A stretch of DNA of 64,000 nucleotides from Anaeramoeba ignava BMAN (lineage: Eukaryota > Protista > Anaeramoebae), in the NCBI GenBank assembly GCA_028826165.1, contig JAPDFW010000079.1:248001-312000 (forward strand), given 5' to 3'. Each line of letters opens with the position of its first letter. Positions within the stretch are counted from its first letter, which is position 1. The notes beneath the pieces are model-generated. The model saw only the letters and a program-made list of their open reading frames with translations. It was not told the DNA's origin and did not search any database. Shown piece by piece: positions 25,301-35,418 of this stretch. The position numbers and the translations under genes were made by a program.

Positions 25301-26180
25301 TTCTGAAGAAAATATCAAAATTATTGAACCTGGAATTTATCAAAATTACAAAATGGTTTTCTCACCTTCTTTTGCATCAGGAGAAATTTTCTCTTCTTTT
25401 TTCTTTGATTCACTAATTGTCAAAGTAAATTTAATCCAAATCAATCCAAATTAATTATTTAATTTTTAATTTTTAATATTTTGGAAATAGTCTTTTTTAA
25501 ATCCTTTGATAACAAATTTCTTTATGGAACTCATTTCTCCAACTCCAATACCACAAAACTCAAGAATTACTCAAAGTAAACTAATTGCTTTTCCAGTTCC
25601 TGCAGCTTTTGTTGGAAAGAAATATCGAACTCTTTTTCTCACACTTATTAGTAGTAAAATTGTTTCTGTTGGTTTGTTTAGAGGGAAAAAAGCAAAAAAA
25701 TCAGAAAATTGTTATGTTCTTCCAAGTCCAAATCCAGATACAATTCTTTTTCAAGGAGATCATGTTTTTTTGTTATCACCAAATGAATATTCATTAACTT
25801 CAACTCTTGCTCGACAAGTAATTAATCAAAAATTTAATCAAACATAAAAAAAAAATTTTTTTTTTCCTTACATATAAAATTTTTTCTTTTTCTTACATTT
25901 AAAGTTACATCGTGTTCTTCAATCCAAAAAAAGTATTTTTATGAAATCTTCTTTACAAGATGAAGGAAATGATCTTGAACTGGATGATTTGGAGCAATTT
26001 CAACAAATCAAAACAAGTTCTTTTTTTGTTAAATCTAAATTCAATAATAATGAAAATCAAAATCAGAATCAGAATCAGAATAATTTTCAAAAAGAAAAGA
26101 ATGATTTAGATGAAAAATCATCATTTACTGATCAATTTGTCCCGATTGATTCGGAAATTGAATTTGAGGATTTGAAGTGA
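22394..26180 (+). CDS. Slo/BK-family channel (6TM + two RCK domains); frameshift ~24413; introns 25201-25277, 25425-25490, 25818-25904
   Basis: S4 LRILRVFRILRVFRIYRV; RCK1 GSALKESDLQRCKLESCEACFIL..EQEDTKTVM; MLSQNCIFPGL; RCK2 HIIVC..YVQGD..LQRVEI; spliced PSFASGEIF..FDSL. Confidence 0.88.
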
Positions 26181-26353
26181 AATTTGAAGTGAAATTCCAA
26201 GAATAATTAAATTAATTTAATTGAATTTAATTTTTTTTCCGATCTTTTTCTAATCGATAAAACGTTTTTTTCTTCTTATTTTTTTGATTTTTTTGATTTT
26301 TTTGATTTTTTCATTTTTTCATTTTTTTCATTTTCTAATTAATTTCATATAAA

Positions 26354-27526
26354 ATGTCAAAAGATAAAAGATTATTAGAAGCAAATAAACACATGAAACA
26401 AGGAATCAAACTTACCACAAAAGGTACATTTCGATGGAAACTCGACTACGAAGGAGCATGTTCACATTTCATTCAAGCAGCAAGAGGTTTCCGCAATCTA
26501 TTTCTTTTTGAGCAAGCTGTTGAAGCTTTCCAAAAAGCAGCGGAAGCTTACTACAAATCCGACACACCATTTGCAGCCGGACAAGCACTAGAAGACGCAG
26601 GAGGAATCCTCGAAAAAGACCTAAAACAACCAACTGAAGCAGCAAAACTTTTCGAACAAGCTTCAAATTATTTCCGTGAAGCAGGAAAAATTGAACCAGC
26701 TGCAAAAGTTGTTTCTCGAGCCGCTAAATTACTCGAAGAAATCGACTTCCAGAAATCTGCTCAGTTGTACTTGAAATCCATGGAATTCTTCGAATCAGAA
26801 GATAAAGAACATTTCGGAACTGATACTTTCAGAAGAGCTCTTCTTGTCATGCTCAAGAATGAATGCTATGAAGACGCCCTCAAAGTCTTGGATATCAACA
26901 TGCGAATGTTCGAGAAACTCAACCAACGCAACTCCTTGTTTAAATCTTATCTTTCTTATATTGTTATTCTTCTCTATAAAAATGACTACATCGCTGCTGA
27001 TGAAAAACAGCAGAAATTCCTTGCTGCTCCTGGATATGTCCATTCTAATGAGGCCAGAACTGCAAACCAGCTTCTTGATGCCTTCGAAAACTCTGACCAA
27101 GGTGCTTTGGATAAGGTTCTTAAAGACCAAACCTTTTTGTATCTTGAACAACCCGTCGCACGATTATCTAAAAAACTCCGTATTCCTGCTGATGGCGTTG
27201 TTAAAAGAGAAGACCAAAATATCCAGCTTGATGCTCAGGAAATAGGTGTTGATAGTTTACAGCAATTCGAACGTAAAGGGTTGTTTGATTCTTCTTCAGA
27301 TGATGAGAAAAAAGATAATGATAACCAAGAACAAAATGAAGAGATTGATGCTCTTAAATCTGAATTGTTTGCAAAACCAAAATCAACATCACAAGAAAAC
27401 AATAGCAATAATAACAATAATAATAATCAACAAATAAATTCAAACCAAAATAATAATATTCAAGAAGATCTTTTTGAAGTTGATCAAAAAGGTGATGAAT
27501 TTGAAGATGAAAATGATCTTTTATAA
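26354..27526 (+). CDS. NAPG: Gamma-soluble NSF attachment protein (gamma-SNAP)
   Basis: N-terminal KGTFRWKLDYEGACSHFIQAARGFRN, TPR-like helices, acidic C-terminus ending DENDLL. Confidence 0.85.
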   Translation: MSKDKRLLEANKHMKQGIKLTTKGTFRWKLDYEGACSHFIQAARGFRNLFLFEQAVEAFQKAAEAYYKSDTPFAAGQALEDAGGILEKDLKQPTEAAKLFEQASNYFREAGKIEPAAKVVSRAAKLLEEIDFQKSAQLYLKSMEFFESEDKEHFGTDTFRRALLVMLKNECYEDALKVLDINMRMFEKLNQRNSLFKSYLSYIVILLYKNDYIAADEKQQKFLAAPGYVHSNEARTANQLLDAFENSDQGALDKVLKDQTFLYLEQPVARLSKKLRIPADGVVKREDQNIQLDAQEIGVDSLQQFERKGLFDSSSDDEKKDNDNQEQNEEIDALKSELFAKPKSTSQENNSNNNNNNNQQINSNQNNNIQEDLFEVDQKGDEFEDENDLL

Positions 27527-27717
27527 AATCCTTCATTGATTCCTTTTCTTTTCTTTTCTTTTCTTTCAAACAAAATTTTCAAATTCATTTTAAATTCTTT
27601 CTTTTTTTTTTTACTAAATGAAGTTTTTTATGATCCACTTTTTTTCTTTTCTTCTTTTTTCATTTTTCATTCTAAAATTATTCTTTTTTCATTTTTCATT
27701 CTAAAATTATTCTTTTT

Positions 27718-30700
27718 TCATTTTTCTCTCTTCAAACAAACACTTTTTGTTGTTTCTTGATGATGAAATATTCCAATTAAGGTATGGGCTTTTTCATACA
27801 TTTGAGATGAATGAGAAACAACAATAAATTGACTTGAATTTTCATTTTGAGATATTTTAGAAATGAATTTCCCAACTCGATCAATAGTTGAAACATCCAA
27901 AGAAGAATCGAATTCATCCCAAACAAAAATAGGAGAAGAATATTTTTTCTGTAAACTTAAAGTCAATGCTAAAGTTGCAAGTGCTTTTTGTCCTCCTGAA
28001 AGATTTCTAAACATTTTCCATGTTGTATTATCGGGTTTTATATGAAAAGAAACTCCTTCTAAAAAAGTATTTGCTTGTATTTTTGAGTATTGAAGAAAGC
28101 AATCTCCTGATTTTGCATTAATTTCTCGATAAATTTTTGATAATTCTTCATTGATTTCCTTCATGGATGAATCAAAAAGTTCAAATCTATTTGCCTCTAA
28201 TTTATCTCTCAACTCCACATGCTTTTTCCATTCCATTTTCAATTTTCTTCTTTCGCTTTCTAGTTTTTTCTTCTCCTTCTGAAGAGAAAGATCTTTTTCC
28301 AAATTGTTAATTTCAATTCTTTTCTCTTTCTCTTCAAGTGATTTTTCAGTTTCTTCAATTTCAATTTTCACATTATTCAATGCCTTTTTAAATCTTGTTT
28401 TTTTTCTTCACCTCTTTCCCTTCTCTTCTCTTTTTCTTTTCCCATTTCTCCTTGATTAATTTCTTTCTCAATCCTCTCTAGTTCTTTTTCAACTTCTTTC
28501 ATTTCCTCTTCCATCTGTGTTTTGAGCATCCTTTTGTTTTCCATTTCATTTTCAATTTTTGCTTTGTGATTCCCCAAATCTTCTCTTTCTTTTCCTTTCT
28601 TTTCCCATTCTCTCTTCATTTCCCTAATTTCTTTCTCAATCCTCAACACAAATTCTTTCATATCTCTTAAATTCTTTTTTACCTCCTTTTCCTTATTCTT
28701 TAATTCATCAACTAATTCATCTATTTTCTTCTTTTCCTGTTTTTTTTGGTCAAGTTGTTCTTCCTTTTTGTTTTTCAAATTCTGTTTCATTTTCATTTCA
28801 GCTTTTAAGTTTAACAAAATTCCTTCTTTTTTGGATAATTTTTTTCTTTTCGAGTTCAATAGTTCTTTTGTATCCAGACAAGAAACTAATGCTTCCTCTA
28901 ATTTTTCTTTTCTTTCTTTGAGATTTTGATATTCAGTAAAATTGATTCCTTTTTCATCTTTTCCCAAAATTTCATATTTTTCATTCAAACAACTTGAATC
29001 CCTCTGTTTGATCTCCAAATCCAATTCATAATCCCTAATTTTTTGAGAAATTTTTGATAATTTCCCTTTCATGGTTCGTAAATCTGAAGAAATTTCCTTT
29101 ATTATGTTTTGAGTATTCTCTTTTTCTTCCTTCAATCCAAAAATTACTGATTGCAAATCCAAAATTGACTTTCTCATTTCTTGGATCTTGAATTCTATTT
29201 TTTCTGAACGTTCTAAAGGAATTAATGATTCGTTTGACTTGGTTCTTATCTGTTTATCTTTAATTTCAAATCTCTTCATTCGGTTATTTCTTTTCGAAAC
29301 GAGAAATCCTGTTGAAATCTCTCCATCTGAAAAATAAAGATCTCCATTTAATAACACAAAATTTTGGGAGTGATGAGATTGAGGAATATCTTTCCGATCT
29401 TCAACTATATTCCAATTTCTCAAAAATCGATAAAAAAAAGGAGCAAATTTATCTTCACATTCTATATAAGAAAACAAAGGAAATCCTTTTGATTTTAAGT
29501 TGTTTTGAATTGGAGGACTTTGAAGTTCATTTAGAATTTGGCATTTTACGATTCCAATTTTCTTTTTTCGAAACACAGAAATTACTTCACTTGCAGCTTC
29601 TCTTGACTCAACTAAAATTGTTGTGGATAAATTATTTTTCAAAACAGAATTAAGAGCAATCAAATACTTCTTGTTTATTCTCCCTAAATCCTTGAAAAAA
29701 CCATAGATTCCTGGATTACCTCTTTTTAGTTCGTTAATCATTTGTTCTGAAAGTGATTGTTGATGATTTTCTTTCAGTTCCATTTCTTTTCTTTTCTTTT
29801 TCTTTTCTAATTCTGAAAGATCTTCTTCCTTTTTCTGAATTTGTGATTCTAGTTGTGAATTCTTGTTTTCCATCTCTTCTCTCTCTTTTTCTTTTCTATT
29901 TGTTTCTTCCATTTTCTTTTTTTCGATTTCTTTTTGTTTTTGCATTAGTTTGCTTTCCTTTTTGGTCTCATTTTCTAAAATGGCTTTTTCTTCTTCCCAT
30001 TTCTGTTTCTTCTTCAAATGATTTTCTATTTTTTTCTCCATTTCTTGGAATCCATCACGGATATTTAGTTGAAATAATTCCAATTCGATTTGTTTTTTCT
30101 TTTCAATCTGATTTGTTTTGGTTTCTTTTTTCTTTTCTAAAGAGTCAATCTCCTCTTTCATTTTATTTATTCCAATTTTCAATTCTTTTTGTTTCTCTTG
30201 TAAATTTGTCATTTCCCCTTCTAGATCTTGAATATTTCCTTTCTTTTTTTTGATATCATTTTTCAATTTTGAATCTAAAGCTTCTTTCTTTCCAATTTCT
30301 GAAGATATTTGATTTACATTTTTCCAATTCTCAAAAATTTTGGATTCTTCTTCATTTTTGATATTTTCTTCTTCCTTCAATTTCTTCTTGATTTGTTTCA
30401 TCTCTTTGTCTTTATTTTGTGATTTTTTTTCAATTTTCCTTCTTTCTTCCTCAAGATTCTCATTTTCATTATTCAATCCTTGAATTATTGATAAATTTCT
30501 TTTCATTTGGATTGTGAAATAGTTTTTCCTCATAAAAAAAAGATTGGATCTTTCTTTTTGATAATTATTCCAGCTTTCCACTTTAGGTTGCAAAATGGCT
30601 CTATCTTTTTCAATTTGGTTGATTTTTGAAGATAATTCCAGAATATTTCGGTTAATTTCTTGGATTTCTTTATCCTTCTCTTCAATTTCATTTTTCAAAG

Positions 30701-31439
30701 ATTCTGTTCCAATTATCTTTTCTAAAAAAGTACACAACGATTTATTTCCTTTCTCAACAAAATTTGATGTTTTATGCTGGAATACAACAAATCTATCTAA
30801 AAACTTTGGATCAATCCCATATTTTGAATATTTTCTCATCAATTCTTTTTTTTTGATTTCTTTAAATGAAGAAGAATTCCTATTTTCTTTTTTTCTTTTT
30901 TTGCCTGTATTTTCGTTATTTGATTTTGAATTTAAATTTGATTTTTTTATGGAGAATTTGTTTTGGATTTGGATTTGATTTTTTTCAGAATGATTTTTGT
31001 TTTTTGATCTTTTTTTGAGAATAACTTGGAAAATTTTTCTTTTGAAGAAAATCTTCTTCATAATTTTGTTTTCGGAATTAATTAAAGCACAATTTAATAC
31101 GACAGAAGCTGAACATTTTTGATTATTTTTTGAAGAGATTATTTTCTCATTGATCAAATTTTCTTGATTTTTAGTTCTGATATCACTTGGATTGACACCA
31201 AGAACAAAACAAATTGCTATGTGGAATGTTAATTATTATATTTTTTTTAAAAAAATAAATTCAAATTTGATTTAAAAAAAGAAAGTAAAATTACCTTCAA
31301 GAATTGTGGATTTTCCACTTCCATTTGGTCCACAAATAACTGAAAAATTTGGATCAAAAAATTCTATAATTTCTTTTTGATAAAAAGATTTGAATCCTTT
31401 AATTTGAATTGATTGAATTTTGAGTTTTAAATTTTGCAT
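27718..31439 (-). CDS. Divergent SMC ATPase (SMC4/SMC1-like); exon 31439-31295, intron 31217-31294, frameshift ~28390
   Basis: An unlisted first exon gives IKGFKSF..CGPNGSGKSTILE|AICFVLG. Hinge PGIYGFFKDLG; signature LSGGQKAL; Walker B VWDEFDSSLD; QFIVVSH. Confidence 0.88.
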
Positions 31440-31519
31440 TTTATTTTAGAAATTTTTTTTGGAAAAAAAAAAAATAGAAATTGAAAATGACAGAAAAAAA
31501 GATCAAAACAAAACAAAAC

Positions 31520-31529
31520 AAAACAAAAC

Positions 31530-31560
<31 letters not shown>

Positions 31561-31950
31561 AAGAAAAGATCTTCCAGAAAACATTTTTTTCATTTTAATT
31601 TTTTTTATTTTCATTTTTTTCATTTTCATTTTTTTCTTTTCTTTTTACTAAATGAAGTTTTTTATGATCCACTTTTTTTCTTTTCTTCTTTTTTCATTTT
31701 TCATTCTAAAATTCTCTGCAAAATAAAACAAAATAAAGCAAAACAAAAATAAGAAAAGATCTTCCAGAAAACATTTTTTTTGAAATTTTTTATATTTTCA
31801 TTTTTTCTTTTCTTTTTTTGAAGTTTTATGATCCACTTTTTCTTTTTTCTTTTTCATTTTTTTTAAAAACAAAACAAAAAAAAAAAACAAAACAAAAATA
31901 AGAAAAGATCTTCCAGAAACATTTTTTTTTCTTTTTCATTTTTCAAAAAT
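31520..31950. repeat. Local triplication of a ~150-190-bp unit between SMC and SMG9
   Basis: AAAATAAGAAAAGATCTTCCAGAAA at ~31556, ~31746 and ~31895; GAAGTTTT..ATGATCCAC occurs twice. Confidence 0.8.
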
Positions 31951-31978
31951 TTTCATTTTTCATTTTTCTTTTTCGCAA

Positions 31979-33350
31979 ATGGAAAATAAAAAAAAAACAA
32001 CAAAGAAAAAAACAACAAATCGAAAAAGGGATCATCAAAAACAAGAAAAAACAAAAGGAAAACCAACAGAAAACCCAGCAAAACTATTAGAAAACCAAGA
32101 AATTTTCCCACTTATTCATGGATCAATGTATCCAGTAACAAAAATAGTGAACAATCGACTTGAATTCATTCAAAGCAATGCCAAAAAATTATTGCAATCA
32201 ACAACCAAAAATTTTTTAGTGGTTGGAATAATTGGAAAACAAGGAGTAGGCAAAACAACATTAATATCTGAATTGTGTGGAAAATGGATTCCAGAAAATC
32301 AACTTGAATCAAAAGAATCAATTAATGATCTTTTCAATCCAAAATCAACAGGATTTGGTCCGTTACTTTTTACTCAATCAGAAGAAGTCAGACGTTTAAA
32401 TGAAAATCAAACAAGTGGTGTCGATTTATGTATTGACAGGCATGATAAGATTCTTTTTTTGGATCTCGAGCCTGTTTTCTCTGCAAGTATACTCGCAAAT
32501 TTCTTGGAAAATCCAAAGCAAGAAAATATTACTATCGACGATTTGATTCAAAAAAGATCCTTTATTTTTGTTGTTTGGCTTTTTTCTGTTTGCCATCTTC
32601 TTTTGGTTGTTCAAGATTCTCAAATTGATTTGAATTTGTGGAATTTTCTTAAAACTGCTCAAAATTTTCTTCCTAAATTAAAAATGAAAAATTTGTTTTC
32701 TCAACAACTTCAAAACCAAGAATTCCAAAGTAATTTTTAAAATTCTTTTTTTTTTATGAATTTTATGAAATTTTTTTCTTTGATTCTTTTTTTTTCTTTT
32801 AGGTTTTTCAAACATTTATTCAAATTTGAATGAAAATCAAAATCAAATTCAAAATCAAAATCAAAAGCAAAATCAAAATCAAAATCAAAATCAAAACAAA
32901 ATTCAATTAAATTCCCAAAGAATCATATTTATTATAAATAAATGCACAGAACAAATGATGAAACCCTCAAAAAAAGAGCAATTAAACAAAATTTTACTTC
33001 AAAATTTTGGCGAAAACAATGCATATATTGATCACAACATTGATCAAAAATCTTTATTTTTTATACCAAAAAATCCAGATCTTTTTATTAAAACAAAAGA
33101 CTTTACAAATCCTCAATCAATTACTACAAATCTAAGTCGAGGATATTCAAGAATGCTAAATGAATTTACCGAAAGTATTTTATCAATAAATAGACTTGGA
33201 GTTTCAACAGAATTATCAGAAAAAGATTGGATTTCATCTGCAGCTCTTATTTGGCATTCAATTAATGAATCAAGACAAATTTATGATTTATCAAAAAATG
33301 TCACTTCTTTTGAATCAGATTTTATCATTAATAAAGATTCAGTTTTTTAA
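31979..33350 (+). CDS. SMG9: Nonsense-mediated decay factor SMG9; intron 32730-32802
   Basis: LVVGIIGKQGVGKT, QTSGVD..ILFLD..PVFSASIL, LFSVCHLLLVVQD, LSEKDW..AALIW. Confidence 0.88.
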
Positions 33351-33820
33351 TTCTCTATTCAAATCAAATGAAACAAAAATCAAAATTAAATTAAATCACA
33401 TCAAATGAAGAAAAAAAAACAAACTCAACAAAAAATGGAAAGAAGAAATTGAAAGCTAACTTTTGAGAAAGAACAATTCTTTATCAATTTTATCTTCTTC
33501 TTCTTTTTTTTTCCTTTCAAGTCAATTCCAAAAATTTAACAAATTCATTTTTAAAATGAATTCATTTCAATTCAATTTATATTGAAAATTAAATTGAAAA
33601 AAAGAGAGAAAAAAAACAACAAGAAATTATTTTCTTGTTAAGGTTAATTTCTTTTCAATTTAAAACAAAAAATCAAACAAATCCAAACACATCTAATCAA
33701 ATGATACTCAGAAAAAAAGACACAAATATCTTTTTAGTTGATATTTTATTTTAATTTAATTTAAATTAAAAAAAAAACAAAAACAAAAATTTAATTTTCA
33801 TTTTTTTCATTTCAAATTTA

Positions 33821-35220
33821 ATGAAATTTTTCTTTTTTCTTTTTCTTTTTACAATAACTTTTTCTTTACCAATTAGTTTTGATTGGGGAGATATTAATGG
33901 AACTTCTTATTTGACTTCAATTAGACAACAGGTTTTTTATTCAAATTAAAAAACAAAAAAAATTTTTTTTAAAAAATTTTATTAATAAAAAAATTTACTA
34001 ATTAAATAATTATTTTTAACAAAATTCAAAACAAAAAAAAGCATTTACCTCAAGTTTGTGATAAATTTTCTTTGATTAATTATTTAAAAAAAGTTAATTT
34101 GTTTTTGTTTTTTTTTTAGTATGTAATTTTTAAATTTTAATTTTATTTAAATTTTAATTTAAATTTAAATTTTATTATTTTTTTAGTGTGGATCTTGTTG
34201 GGCTTTTTCGTAATTAAAAATTAAAAATAAAATTTAAAATTAAAATTAAAAATAAAATTTAAAAATAAAATTAAAATAATTTAGAACAACAAGTGCATTA
34301 AATGATCGATTAAAAGTAATGAATCTAATATTCAATTTAATATTTAATTTTAATTTAATTTAATATTTAATATAAATTATAGATTGCAAGAAAAAATCAA
34401 AAACCAGATATTTATTTAAGTCCTCAATTTCTTCTTAATTGTGCTTCAGATGTAGGAACTTGTGATGGTGGTTGGGTTATTTCTTTACTGCCTTGGCTAC
34501 AAAAAAATGGAATTGTTGAAGAAACTTGTAATAAATTCAAATTAAATTCAATTAAAAATTCAATTAAAAATTAAATCAAAATATATATTTAAAAATTCAA
34601 ATCAAAATATATATTTAAAAGGTTCTCCTTATGAAGCTATTGATAAAGAATGCACAGATTTAAATATTTGTAAACAATGTTGGGGAACTAATCAATGCGT
34701 TGCAATTTCAAATCCAAAAAAATATTATGTATCAAGTTATGGTTCACTTTCTACTGTTCCAGATATGATGCAAGAAATTTTCAAAAATGGGTAAATAATT
34801 AAATAATAATAAATAATAAATAATAATATAAAATAATAAATAAATAATAATATAAAATAAAATAAAATAAAATAAAAAGTCCAATTATTTGTGGAATAGC
34901 TGTTACTCCAGATTTAGAAGCTTGGACTGGTGGAAATGCTGTTTTTTATGATCAATCAGGAGTTCAATCACTTGATCATTGGATTTCTCTTGTTGGATGG
35001 GGACATAATGATACACAAAATTTGGATTATTGGATTATTAGAAACAGGTAAAAAATAAAAAATAAAAAATTTAAATTTAAATTGTTGTTGATTTTTATTT
35101 TTATTAAAAAAAATTAGTTGGGGAACTGAATGGAATCCTGATTTTGGAGGATTTTTTAATTTAGCAAAAGGAGTTAATAATTTAGGAGTTGAAAATTGGT
35201 GTTATTATGCAAATCCTTAA
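33821..35220 (+). CDS. CTSZ: Cathepsin X/Z-type C1A cysteine protease, 9 exons: 33821-33931, 34042-34053, 34120-34122, 34187-34209, 34285-34315, 34383-34527, 34622-34790, 34880-35047, 35118-35220
   Basis: All introns are GT-AG and preserve frame. Spliced protein: [83 protein letters not shown]. Confidence 0.93.
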
Positions 35221-35418
35221 AAATTAAAATTTCAAATTAAAATTCTAAAAGAAAATTCCAAATTAAAATTCTAAAAAGAAAATTTCAAATTAAAATTCTA
35301 AAAAGAAAATTCCAAATTAAAATTCTAAAAAGAAAATTTCAATTCAAACTCAAATTCAATATTTTGATTTCTTCTTCAATAAAAAGAAATTTTTTTCTTT
35401 TTTCAAAAATTCTTAATC

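Noticed and set aside
26469-30978. Short antisense or overlapping ORFs within gamma-SNAP, SMC and other genes
   Set aside because: Shadow frames of biased coding sequence with no recognisable motifs.
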